DNA of 36,616 nt from Diploschistes diacapsis (lineage: Eukaryota): contig JALAIB010000066.1 of NCBI GenBank assembly GCA_023645945.1, positions 1-36,616 on the forward strand, in the 5' to 3' direction. Below the pieces are notes generated by a model. That model was not told the origin of the DNA. It saw nothing but the letters and a program-made list of their open reading frames with translations, and made no database searches. The translations under genes were made by a program, and so were the position numbers. Positions 1-13,204 of the stretch are shown piece by piece; position 1 is the first letter of the stretch; each line of letters opens with the position of its first letter.

Positions 1-845
1 GGTGGTGGTCGGGCGTCGTGATGGGTGACGGTGGAGGATGAATGTGTAGGTGTGGAGTATGCGGGGAGAAGTGAGGAAGGTGGTCTGTAGAAGAGATTTC
101 TGCCAGGGGAAGGGAGAGAAGAGAAACACAGATCTGCCAGATTACTATGGCCGAGCCTTGGAGACCGACTGCCGCCTGGGTGGACGCAGGATACTGTTAG
201 AACATTGCAAGAGAAGTACTGCTACGAGTGCGATATGGCTCGTTTGCGTTAGAAATGATTGTGATTCGTGAAGGGAAGTGTGTATAGCCGCGATTACTTG
301 GTGACGGTAGTGAAAATTCAGCTATGCCTCTGATCGAGGAGAAGAATCTTCACCCACTATGATGCCCACCTACCAATTGCGGATGGATGCGTGTATGGGC
401 AATCGATGCAGTGACAGTAAGGTTTTTGACGAGGACCTCCTGCGCGTTACACTCAATGCCTAAGGTCCAGAGACGTGTATGGAAGGAGTGGACAAAGTCA
501 GGTTTGATCGGAGATCAGGGCACGCAATTTGAGTAGATGAAGCAGTTTCAACCAGTATTGTTGCAACTACTTTTTCATCTTAAGGCATGCCTATCATATA
601 AACCGCCAAAGCCTCCCAGGCACAAACATGCACAGGATATTCGCCGCCTTCGCCCGAACCTACATGTCAGCATTATGAAGCAACCTCCCTCTTCCATCAT
701 CTCTTGTACGCCGTATCGCCTCGACCCAGTCCGCACATACCGTGTTGCTTCCCTCTCTTTCCATCAAGATCGATGCTCAAATTTTACATTCCCAATTAAT
801 TCACTATAGTCATAAAAGTCGTAACCGTCTATTCCCTCCAAGATC

Positions 846-3800
846 CTACAAGTAAGGCATCCAAAGCGCATCGCTCTGAGCCAAACGCATCGGGTCCACC
901 GCTTGCGATATTGTATCAATTATCGTCTGATGAGCAGGCAAGTTCCCGGTAGGCGGGCTTGCCAGTGCCAACGACTTCTTTACGATCAGCTCGCTGTTGT
1001 GCTGCACGCGATCTCTGAGCTGGCCATCAACGCCCCTGTGCTGCTGGGTGAACCAGAACAAGACTTCGTCCCGTACAAAGACACTCAGTTGCTGCTCCAG
1101 CTCAATCTCAGGCTCGGTAAGACAACGCGCAATAGCCATGATTGCGCAGGTGAAGATACCTTCTGTGTTGATTGGTCCCATGAGAGTTTGCAGATTGGGC
1201 GTCAATCGGAAGGGTACCGGTTCTGGGTTGTAGAATTGGCACTTTCCCCCCATCATGTTTGGAATGAGCTCCGACCCCCATACGTTTCCCGTGTTTCTTG
1301 CGATGGACAGCTTGTGTGGGAACCTTGTCGTCATGTGCATCACATAGGTCATGAATGTAAGAGCGGCAAACTGATAAGAGAACTGTCGACGGAAGAGCCA
1401 GAAGTCTGCAAAACTAGGATAGATCTTCTGGAAGTACTCCAGAGTGATGTCCTTGGGAACCCACTTGCCCTGGATCGCACTAAGCGCCTCCATACGCAGG
1501 TTCTGGGCTTGATCCGGGTACCGATTGTTCCTCAATTCCGCCATAGTCCTTAGCTTCTCCATGGTGAAAAGAACGGGCTCATCCTTGTTCAAGCCGTGGC
1601 GACGGCAATGATCCTCATAAACTCCCTGGAGTGAGATATACTGTGCATCTTCCTGAACAAGCCTGATGGCAGGCGCCAAGGGCACCATGAGCGGGAGGTA
1701 GAAGTTGAGATTGCGCCTTCGCGCTTCCTTCCGCTTTCCGAGCAAGCCGTTGAAGATACGAAACAGCTGCAGCGTTCGTTCCTCCCTGCGGCTGTGACGA
1801 GCTGCCGGATGCTGAACCGCAAACGAATGAATGCTTCCGTCGTGCCCCCGGATCTTGATGCGGCGATGAGAAAAGCCAATGGTTCTAACAAGATCGATAT
1901 TTGGCAGGAACCTCTCGATGCGAATGAAATCCTGGTTTTTGTCGCGGTGCTGCAAGTATTGCCCAGGAACTTCAACATCGTCGAATTTGCTGAATCGGAA
2001 TTCGCTTAGATGGGGACTGAACGATTCCAAGCTTGCTGTGAGCGGCCTTCTATCAAGCCTCTCTTCGAACTTGTCCCTCCACTTCCGTAGGCGATGAATG
2101 TATTCGTACATTGTAGGTTTCTTGGCAACGAAATCTTGTTCAAAAGCACCTCGTATGTGCGAAGGCAGGATTGTCTCGGCGAACTTCTGAATATTGGCTT
2201 CCGTCGCCGGTGGAAGCTTATAGTCTTGCGCATATGCCGCAGGCATGCGCCCAATGTACGAGAGCCCGTCATTCAGAAGCGCAACGATCAGCCGGTAAGC
2301 ATCTTCATCTGCAGGGCATTTGAAGTGTTTCTGTATCTGGTCGACCATCGTCTCGATTGACAATGCTAGCAGAGGGAAAGCAGTCTTCAGAACTTGCATT
2401 ATCTCATCCGAGTGCTCCCAAGGCTTCTTATCTTTCTCTGGTTCTCCGCTGCCTTCTTCAGACTTCGGCTGTTCCTTGCTATCGGGTTCTCGCTTCGGCG
2501 AGCCACTCGTCCCATTGCTGGCCCCGTGACTGCCGCCATTTGTTCCTGTTGTTGCTGGCGTCTGACTTGTCGAGATTGCGTTTTCGGTCGACCCAGTTGT
2601 AAGGTCATCAGGATTCGCATTGGTCATTGTAATATCCCCATTTGCTGTATTAGGCCTGGACGATACAGTTGGCTTTTCTCCTTCGCTGCCTTCGGTTTTT
2701 GCAACCGGCGTATTCTGTTTTGCTTGCTGCTTGGACCGCTCCGTCTTCACCTCAGTTTGTTTCTTGATCGAAAACATGTCTTCACGGTGAGTTCTCAATT
2801 GAAAATAAAGCGCTTGTGGATAGATTTTCGCGATCTTGACAAGAATGCCACGCGAAATGTTCGCCTCCCGCTGGGACAGGCTGGTAAGCAATTGCGGAAT
2901 GAATGTAATCCAGTACCACACAGGACAATCGCCCTTGAAGTCTTCGAAAGCTTTGCTGATCTTCTTATCGGGGCTATCAATACTAAGGAGCCAAAGTATT
3001 CTGCTGAGGAGTTTCCTAGACTTTGCATTTTTATAGAGACTTGCTGCTTCCAGATAGCAGCTGACAGCAGCTGAGGCTCGCTCGACATTCTCTGGCTCGA
3101 TCTTGAACATATAGTCGTTGTAATAACCCCATTCAGCCCATGCTTTTGGTAGCCGAATGTCGTAATAGAGAGCGGTTCCAAACGCATCGTTAGCATCGGT
3201 AGTCTGTCCAAGCTTGGCGAGGAACATGCCCTTCAAGGTGAAGAATTCAGCCTTTTGTTGGGCGCCAAAGTAGTTGAGGTTGGTGTTGTTGATGACTTCA
3301 AGGCCGCTGTTGAGCTCCGCTTGGTTCTGATAGTGGCATTTGGCCTGCTCTCTTAATTTGAGAAAAGCTTCCTGGATCTCGATGTTGGGAAGCGTGTAGA
3401 TCTTGCTAAGCTGCGAGATACACACATCCGGCAATTGATGCTTCCGTGCTACATGTGCGAATCGGTTGATGATCCAAGCCGTTTCATGGTAACCCCGATA
3501 TGCAAAGGAATTACCCGTGTTGTTTGCGCTCGCTGGTGGGATGAGATTCAAATAGGTGGAGTTGATTTGGTGAAAGATGTGCTGCCTCCATGTTACTAAG
3601 CTCTGCCATGCGTTGATATCATCCCAGACATTGGGAAGTCTATCGCGCCAACTGCCCAAGAGTAGCTTGAGCTCTTGAGACTTAGTGTCCAGATTAGTGG
3701 AATTGGTTGTGTGCAGACTTTGAAAGATGAGCTGGGCGTCATGCAACTCCACGAGCTGCTGGAATCCTTGAAGTATTGGTATATGTGCGTTCGTGATGCG

Positions 3801-6800
3801 CTTGGGTAACTGGTGCCATTTGCGGATAGAGAGTTGCATGGCCTCGTCGCAGACCCTGTTGAAGTCCGCTGAAGTTTCTGACTTATCGAAAAACTTCAAC
3901 AAGGACATGAAGCACTGGAAGAAGATCCTCCGCGGTGTCGGCGCATCGGACACCGCTTTTATAATTTGACCAATACCCTCCATATTTTCGGGCTTGGTCC
4001 ACAGTTCGTAGTTCCGATACGATGCCTCTAGAAGAAGGTCATTAAAGTTTTCGTGTTTCGCATAGTCGCTCAGGATATCCCACTGCTGAAGTTTTTGAGC
4101 GCATAATACCCAATGGTCCTCCCACAGCATGTACTCGCCTTGCGAAAAAGGAAGTGAGCTTGTTCTTGCTTTGATCTGCGCACTCTCGTACAAGCTCTGA
4201 GCCTTGGACCACATACCATTCTGCTCATAGGATAGTGCTGCGTTGGTCTCAACGAACTTACAGCGCCTTCTCCACAGCCCATAGAACAGGTCATCTTCCT
4301 GTAACCCAGCATATATTTCTACCAGTGCGTCCAAGTTGCTTTCGCGCACCGACGGAGTGTCGATGACCGGCGTGATTGCACATTCCTCTAACGCGTTCAA
4401 AGCGATATACCAGGCATCATAGGTCTTGCTCAAGAACTTCAACACGTGAGGAGGTAACTTGAACCTCGGTCGAACCCTAACAACGCTCTCTAAGAGCGCT
4501 TGGATGACGTTGGGGCGTCGGTCAATCTGTCTTTGGTGATAGTCCTTCGTCAACAGGTTAACCATTCCCTTCTCTAGTTCCATGCGATCCTCACGCGAAA
4601 GAGCTGACCAACAAAGTGGGAATAAAGCGACCCATACTTGATAGGCAGTTTCAGAATCGATATGCTGTAGCTGGCACAAAGGCTCTAGAACATCGCGAGC
4701 TTTCACATCACCTAGAGAAGAGTGGAATTTACGGTAATCGCCAATAAAGCCGTCGAACTGGTCGTCTAGCATGAGACCGTCCTTGCGCGAATCATCTTTA
4801 TTGAAAATTGTGGAAGGCTGAATTACCCGAAAGTCGTCAGGATGTAGTTGAATGCTCGCGTTCATCTCGACGGACCCTAGAACCAGTTGGATAGCCTGGC
4901 TTAGCCAAAAGGTTTCCGCAAGAGTATCCCAGTTCTGCGACGTCAATACATAGAGAAGTCGAGACGTTGATGTTCTGGTCAAGCTCTTGTCGAAAATGGT
5001 CATGAATCTGTTGCGTACGCTGACATCTTGTGCTCTCGTACCGACCAGGAATGCATGTTCCAGCCGCACGGTAAGTTCTGTCCTAGTGATCCGAGGATCT
5101 TCGTAGATGCGAATGACAAGGTCAAGGAACTTGTGAAGGAGCGTCGGATCTGGTCGGGCTTCAAAATTTAGCATCTTGTGCAGTACCGCGGTCTTCTCCT
5201 TCAAGGTCGGCCAAGGATCCGTTGATTTGAAAATCCAGTTTTCCACCATCTCAAGAATTCTCTCGCATAAGCGAAGATCAAAGGACTTGTCCACGAGCGA
5301 AGCTAAAACACTCAAGAACGGACGGCGTTGTTCCCCCAATGTTGCCATCCTTAGCGAAATGATATCTATCGATTTCAAGATTAATTGTACCTGAAGCTCT
5401 GCTTCGCGAGGGTCTTGGCCTGAGCCATTCTGCTCACTAGTACGACTTTGCTGAGAACTAGATTGTATGGTTGGTGGAATAGAGTTGTTGACATGGTCTT
5501 TGGCAAGCTTCTGCTGCAATGCTCGCATGATGTGAGGCACGTGCTGATCGAGCATAGCTGGACGCACTTGAGCAAGGGTCCAAAGTAAGTTGACACCCGC
5601 AACAAGGTTACCAGCAGCCATAGTCTTCGTAGCAATGGAGGATAAAGTAGTGACAAAATCAGTAGTTGGCGTATCCACTTCCATTTCGTCTTCGTTGCTC
5701 TCTTGAGGTATGGCGTCCAAAACACGCTTGACGAGAGGACGGATCTCACGATTGCTGTCCATCTCTTTGTCGCTATTGTGCAAACAGTCTTGTACCTCGG
5801 GACTTTCAGCCCTCAAAGGTTTATCTAGCAGTTTTGAAATCAGACCGATCTGGCTCTGTATCCACTCATCAGACTTGGCATTCAGAATCACACGAACAAT
5901 CTGGAGGGTATTAATAATGTAGGTCAGCGTCTTCTCTTCGGGTTTGTCGGAGTTCTCAGACGCGAGAGCTTTTTCCGTCTTCTCCGAGGCCAAGATAGCT
6001 ATCGTGAGCTTTGGGAATAGATCTACCTCGAGATCTGTCCAGTACCCTGGTGAAAGGAGGTCATAGAACAGGCTGAAAGCCTTCTTGCAAATATCATTTG
6101 GTAGTGAGGCCATTGAGAACGTACTGGATGTCAAGTCTTTCAGCTTAGATGAAGGCACTGGGTAGCGCTCTACGAACGTGCTCATCAATTGAGCCAGGTA
6201 TTTAATAAGCATGGCCCTGAGATTTGCAGGTATTAGGTACTCAGTGCGTTCGAATGTATTCTTGGCCGGTGGACTGCGCGTTTGTGTTTCCTCTGAAGTT
6301 CTTTGCATTGATTCAAGGGACGCGGCTACCGCCGTAAGCGTTGACGAAACTCCTGTAATACGCCTAGTTTCCCAGTTTCGTATAAGTTCGACAATATTCA
6401 AAGCCAATTTCTTCATATCATTGGAAGGTGATGGGGGAGGAGCAATTTTGCTTAGAGACGGCACCATCAAAGGTATGAAGGCTTCTCTTGACTCGTAGAA
6501 AAGATCAGGATGTCGTATCATGAATTGCAAGATGCTGATAATCTGTTGCAGATTTGAACTCTCTTCGGATATGATTCGCTTTGGCCACTTAGCCCACAAA
6601 GGAAATTTGGCATCACCGGTCCCTTGAAGCCGTTTTTGGAGGACTGGGGCAATAAGATCGAGAGCTTGGATCACTAGAGCGCGGCCTTCGTTCTGATGTG
6701 CCTTCAAAAGCGCCACATAGACTTGATTCACGATCTTCGAAGGCGAATCGAATTGAGCGATGAAGAATGCAATGAGTACATAAGCTGCGTGTTTATTGAT

Positions 6801-9800
6801 AGTATCTTCCAGCCTGATGTAGCTCCACCCAAACTTGATGATGTCCTTCCTGGCCTCGGCCACCAGATTTTGGTGATACTTGAGGAGCAGAGCGGACATT
6901 TGAAGTAGCTCTAAGCGCGAGTGATCAACGCCAGGTGAACCGTTGTCGTCGTTGAAGTCTCCAAGCTGGGGACGCCATAGCTTGTTGTGGATTGCGTCAA
7001 GCAGAGTCTTGTCCATCAAGCGGGGTGCTGGCCTCTCAATTTGGCGCAGACCTCTCATGACATCCATCGCAAGGATGGGATTCACCAGGTTTCTGAAGAG
7101 GAAAGCCTTCGTTTTCTGACTTGTGCCTCGAGCATTGTAAAGGTCAATACAGCGAGTGACGACGTCGCGCCAATAAGTCAGTGAGTCACTGGAAATAATA
7201 TGCGTGTACAGAAAAGATTTGAATAGCGGCGGCATACGGAGCAGGTCGGCGGTGTAAGTTTCGACGAGGTGGAAAAAGAAATCTAAATCCTCTGGAGAGA
7301 CCTTGAGATACCGTATGAGTATTTCCGTAAGCTGCTCGCTGGTACGATGCGCAGGTAAGCGCAACTCTGCTTCGAGCTCATTGCTCTTTTGGTTCGCATA
7401 AAGATTCTTTCCAGCACCAAGAATAACGGTTTTGAGGTCTGGCTTCTGAGCGAGCCAGTCTGCCTTGTACTTGCTGAGGGCGTGTAGAATGTTGATGCCG
7501 TTAATGATGAGGATATTCCGCGGCTTTGGATCTTTGGGGAAGCACGAACCAACGAAATTATCGATGTCGTTAATGACAACTTCTCTTAGCTTTCCACATC
7601 TGGGATGTCCAAGCACCTGGGCGAGAAACCTGCCATAGTTCAGGTTATCCAACTTCCCCAAAAAGTGTTCCCAGGTCTCTTTGGGATAGCGAACCAAGTA
7701 CCGGAGGAGGGGCTCACGAAAAGGGCTGTGTTTGGTTCTACGAAGTCTCTCTTCAAGATCAAGCACCCTTGCGATCAGTTTTGGCATCATGGTTATGGCT
7801 GTGGGCGGCAAGAGATGGAAAATCTTTAAAGTCGCGGTAACGATCTTCATCTGCGGGTTCTGTTCGATCAATGAAAAAGACGTCTTTTGGACCGCTGGTT
7901 CAGACGATATTATCTCCATATGGTTGATCAAGCGATCTCCAATCTCAACCTTGAAGTAGTTGGTAAGGAGTTTCAGAAGCCTAGCCAGCCCATCAAGAGT
8001 CTGAACACTGATCTTTTTATGATCCTGAAGGGTCATAAGGATCGGTCTCAGTCCGTTTTGCAGAAGGTCTTTCTGTAGCTTGTTCGTCTGCGCCAGCACT
8101 CCTTTGAGTCCGTCATTAGCAGCGTCAATCACCTCCGAAGATGGCGAGTAAAGTGACTTGAAGAATACCGAGATGATTTTATTCCTAGGTGGAGGCGGTT
8201 GTTGATTCGCAAACTCCGGTATTGAAAGCGCAGTAGACAGTACTTTGATGCATGCAACACGAAGGTTAACGATTGATTCAGCTGTTCGATGCTCCATTGG
8301 CTTTGCCGCTAGAGTTTCGTCTTCGGCGTCAGCCAGGGCCAGAGCTTCGTATGTGAGCCTGTGTAGCTGCTCGTTGTAATCGATTATTCCGTGTTGCAAG
8401 CGTAGGCACCACGTGACGGCGTCAATGTATCCGATCTGAGCTGGAAAGGCTAAAGCACGAAGAGGCTTGTTATAGATTGGCTGCAACAACCGATCCTTGA
8501 AATGCTCGATGACTTCGTAAACCTGCATGTTAATGCATTCTGCTAGGATACTGATGCAATTTTGTCCCGCCTCGCGGACATATTTGTTCATATGAGACAC
8601 CTCGAGCGTGAGAAAGTGACACACCTGATATAGCTTGCTTTGGTGGTTTGACAAATCCTCCTTAGGGGCATTCTCGTTGCACTGTTTCAAGATAGCCTCC
8701 ATTGTCTTAACAGCAAAGACTCGTGTCTTAATTGGCAAATCTTGGGGCAGATCTTTGATGAGAAACATTAGTGCTTTGACAAATTCAAGTTGCTTCTCCT
8801 TCAGCCATGAATCAGGCAGGCCAATTTTGGACGAGAGCAAATGGATGCCCAAGGCCCCAGCTCCTTTGGTAAACCACTCCTCTTCATAACAGCTATGGCA
8901 GAATATCTTGGCCAATTGATTGAAGAAGGGCAGTTTTTCGACCTTGTCAATGGAGCCGAAAATAATTGTAGCTGCCTCGAAAACGTTTTGCATGGCTTGG
9001 GTAGCGGCATCCCTCACCTCGGGAACATCGGACGCAAGGCACTCCGTAATCGCATCAGCTAGAACGCGATTCTCGATGCAAAGTGGGCCCTCGCCTGCTT
9101 TCACATCGAACGGCTTTCTTCGATGTTTGGAAGAGGCTAAGGAAACGCCCAGTTCGATGATCGCAAAGTGACGGCACACGTCAGCGAGCAGGTTCCAAGC
9201 TGCAGTTTTTAAATCTGCAATAGTTGTCGCAAACATACAGGCCTTCAATAGCTTTCGAACCGTTTCTTCCTCGACGTCCCTCTTCGGTATCGACTTGTCC
9301 TTCTCTGACTTGTCCATGTAGTCAAGAGCGGCAACATAGTTTCCGTCAACTAGATCATTGGCTTGGAGTCGAACTATTTGAGGGAAATCATCGACCAAGT
9401 TATCGAATCCAAGATGCAGCTTAATCTGAGCGCTAATCAGCCGAAAAGACATTTGCTTGTAATAAGCATCGGCCTTTTTCGCCGCAGCGGCTTTAGGGAC
9501 GTCGTGCAGCTTTGAGATCGCAAGGTCAACACCAATGTTTGAGGCAAAGGCTCTGTCCTTGGTTGAACCAATGAGCTTCAGATCGAAGCTCGACTGATCA
9601 TCGGCGTAAGCTTGAACTTGTAACAGAGACGGCCCAGTAATGAATTTGCGGTTTCGCCCACCTAGCTTGCCTAAAATCCGCATGGTAGTATGAGAGTGAT
9701 AGTGATTATATGGAGATGGTCGCAAATGGTCCCAGAGAGCTTGCATTAGATCGTCAATCACAGGAGCCATGATAGGGTCAAGGTAATCTGCGGTTAAATT

Positions 9801-12446
9801 GTCCACACATAGTTCGAGAGTCCGTAGGCCTTGACTAACAAGGTCCGAATCGGCTCGGAGCGCTACGACAAGTGGTCGCATCAGATAGCTCAAGTGTGGC
9901 AGCAAATTGCTAAGGCGAGCCGGGACAGTAAGACAAAGCTCCACGTACAAATGTCGCTCCTGGGGCTTTCTTGCAGCGACTAGTAGATTATTCAAGACTT
10001 CCAGAAGCATCTCCAGTAATGGGAGGATTTCCTTATAAAGCAGCTCAAACCTTCCGCCCCCAATGCTTCGAAAGAGTGACCGAAGGAGATAAAAGTAATT
10101 CATAGGTTCTTCCGCTGTCGTAGAGAGCTTGATTGCCTTGGTGACCAGCTTAGTGACATGAGGCAAGAGGACTTGCTCGTTCTGCGCGCAGAAGAGAGTT
10201 ACGGCCATGAACGAAAGCTTGAACATGCGAAGGAGAATCGACGATTTTTTGACATCAGAAGACCCCACATCTTCAATCTTATCCATGAGAAATTGAAGCA
10301 GCATTCCTGCAAAACTTGGCGAAGTCGCTTCACTTGCGAGAAAGAATTGGGGAATGTGAAGCAGTGCAGTATGTTCAAACATCATCTCGTACAGCAAAGG
10401 GATTTGAGACTGGAATACTTCGTGAAAAGTCGCAGGATCAATACAATGAAACACTGTAGCAAAAGTCTCGAGCAAGTCTCTCTCTTCTTGGCCGCTTTGC
10501 ATCATGTAGAGGTTTGCTAGATATTCTATGGGCGAGGTGTACTGGGTGTCGTTTGGCGGCTGCTGTAAACTGTAGTAACGAAACACTCTTGCGCCTTCGT
10601 GCGAAAGCTTTGTGATCACCTCAACTTCTTCAGCAGTGAAGCCATACGCGATATCTCCCCAGTTCGACGGCACATTCGCAGTATCAATAGCCAGTCCCTC
10701 AGGATTTGTTTGCTTCAAGCGGTAGAAGAGGTTTTTCAGGCCGGTCATCAGATTCTTGAATAGGAACTTGTTATCGTCGACAGGATTCGCTGTAGGATCT
10801 CGTGGGATCGAGGTTTTGATAGGAGTGGCAAAAAATATATCAGTCTCGTCCCAGTCAGGGGGTTTGGAAGAATCTGCAAGGTGCTCCTCTCGTATGATAC
10901 CGGAGCCGGTTTCCTCTTGAATTCTTGAGAGCTTTACCGCGTTTGGGTATTCTTTATTCATAAGAGCAAACTTGTCGGCGATTGCTCGAAGAATCATTAT
11001 CAGAAAATGTCGACCATCCTTTCTGTTCTCCATCCCTGCGATTGAGTCTGCCATATTCAGCAACAGTTTGGCGCTCATAGTCTGGAAACTAGTGCCCGGG
11101 AAGTCCTCAAGCATATTCTTTGAGAATAATTCGATTGTCTTCTGGATTTGCTCGGGTTTCAATTGAACTCGTACATGATGGATCAAGTCGGCAAGCATAC
11201 TATACGCTAGGGGTCGCATGGTCTCGTAAACGGTAAGCCCGTCTCCGATTAGCGTACGCTCATCCAGCAAGTCGTCGACTTTGCTGCTGAAGATGCCTCG
11301 AAAATTAAAATTGATAATATGACGAATGGCAACTAACAGCTCCTTCCTGGTGGCGGACCTTTCGCTCGGGCAGTCTCGTAGCATACGGATGCAGATGTTG
11401 GGGAGTGCAGGTAAGAAATCATCGAGCTGTTTCGTGTAGGCTCTGAGTAAGTACGCAAGGAAACTCATGGTTTTCACCTGCGCCGTCACAAAGTCCCCAA
11501 AGGCGGCACGGTTCTTGATATCTTTGCTCACCCCAGTAAAAATTGTGCCGCGCTTTTCGGCTTCCTCATGCGCCAATTGTTGAGGCTTTGCTTGTGTCAT
11601 GAGGACGTTCTTGATAAGTGGAACGAAGAGCCTGACATTGTTTGGAACAAAAGCCTTATGCGACTGGAAAAGAGAGACTACAATTATAGGGCATTCCGCA
11701 AGTGCTTTGAAAGAGTGCATTCCCCTCGTAAGAGGTCGAGCAGCTTGCTGGTCAACGCTGAGATCCATCGTGCTCGTAGCTGACGGCGAGCTCGGTCGAG
11801 GAGATTGGAACATGGTCGAGTTCCCGGGCGTAGATCCGGCAGACGCACCTGGAGCAGGCGTGTCGAAGATGTCCTTGACGACCTGACCCATGCCTTCGAA
11901 CATTTCCTGGATCAAATTCAGGAATGGCTGGACCGTTTTCTCGCTAGCTGTGCTTTGCGTCCGTTGTAGGTCCATAACCGTCTTCATGCAGAGAACGGTA
12001 TTCTCTTCATTCTCGATCTTCACGAGACCCATGAGGCGTTCGATGATATCTGTCACATATGGTTCGAGGAGATCGTGCGGGGTCATCGGTATACGATGAA
12101 TTATCTCCAGGATACAGCTGCGAAGCCGCTAACCTTTGCCATCAGTCTCTAAAATCCTCTACTCACATAGCAAAGGGCTGCTTACGTGCACCCATGATGT
12201 GCTTATGAAGACTGGTGCGCCTTCTAGGACCTTGAAAAATACAGGCAATAACTTCTGTAGGGTGACTGGAAAGAGGCTACCAGTACACAGAAATTCAATA
12301 TTGTCCCGGAGTTCTATAGCATGGTTCAGCTTGATTTTGGGATCTGGGCTCTAGAGTTAGCGACGGGCTGCGCCTCTGGAGCGAAGTAATGTACCCAGAG
12401 CTGGATCCCCAAGCTTCGCAGCAAAAGCTTCGATTCGATCCGTCAT
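846..12446 (-). CDS. TRA1: Transcription-associated protein Tra1/TRRAP (PIKK pseudokinase scaffold of SAGA/NuA4), ~3830 aa; exons 12446-12395, 12343-12186, 12128-846
   Basis: 3746-aa ORF with HEAT-like repeats, a FAT region ([21 protein letters not shown]), a PIKK-like C-terminus lacking DRH/DFG motifs ([23 protein letters not shown]) and a FATC end (ALWMPYL). Two 5' introns (GTACAT..CTAAC..CAG; GTAAGC..CTGAT..TAG) join [15 protein letters not shown]... in frame. Confidence 0.97.
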
Positions 12447-13204
12447 CTTAACAAGCAATCCTCGATGTGAACCGTCATCGATCGCTCCTTTATTGCAAGA
12501 AGCGAGGCCCTCTTGCGCAGAATCTTCGAAAAGCCGATAGCCTCATAAGGGACGAAGCTCTTCAGCCTTGGAGTCCTATGAGGTTCGCAGAAACAACTTC
12601 CCTAGATTAATGACATTTGGAGATTAAGTATAAGAAAAGAAAGATCCTATCATTCTAGAAGTTGGCATCATTTTCCTAATTAGAGAGGAGAATGAAACCC
12701 CAACCGCAGACGCCAAAAGTCTATATTGTACCTCATCAAAGTAGTTACAAAGTTTCTGAGCTCCACGATTTTGAAAGCTTTGGGGCCTTTGGCTTCACGA
12801 ACCCACCTCTGCGCTAGTATATTATCGGCTTAGTGTGACTGACTTGTGGTGAGTTCCGTCGTGATTAGGTAAAGCTCTTGTGTGGGCTTAATAAATTATC
12901 ATCACAGTATAACTCTCACAGGATGAGCCCAGGAGAGATAGAATGAAGATTGTCGGGTCTTAGAACGATGAGCACGCTTACTGAAGTGAGCAATACACAG
13001 GAGAAATTCGTTTGATTATCTGAATGACTCGTGCTTCTTTATCCACACTCAAGTCATCCATGATCCTCTGCTTGGTGTATTCGCTACCCTCTTACTATCT
13101 CTGACTATTTGGCTTTCGAACTTCAACCATAGACTTGAGCACTCTGGTATCGCCTAATGTATGCGTAGTGTGTTGGCCCCCTTTGTGTCCGAACCATACA
13201 ATCA

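Noticed and set aside
903..12354. Numerous + strand and alternative-frame ORFs (60-226 aa) overlapping TRA1
   Set aside because: Antisense or off-frame shadows of a long conserved CDS, with no recognisable motifs.
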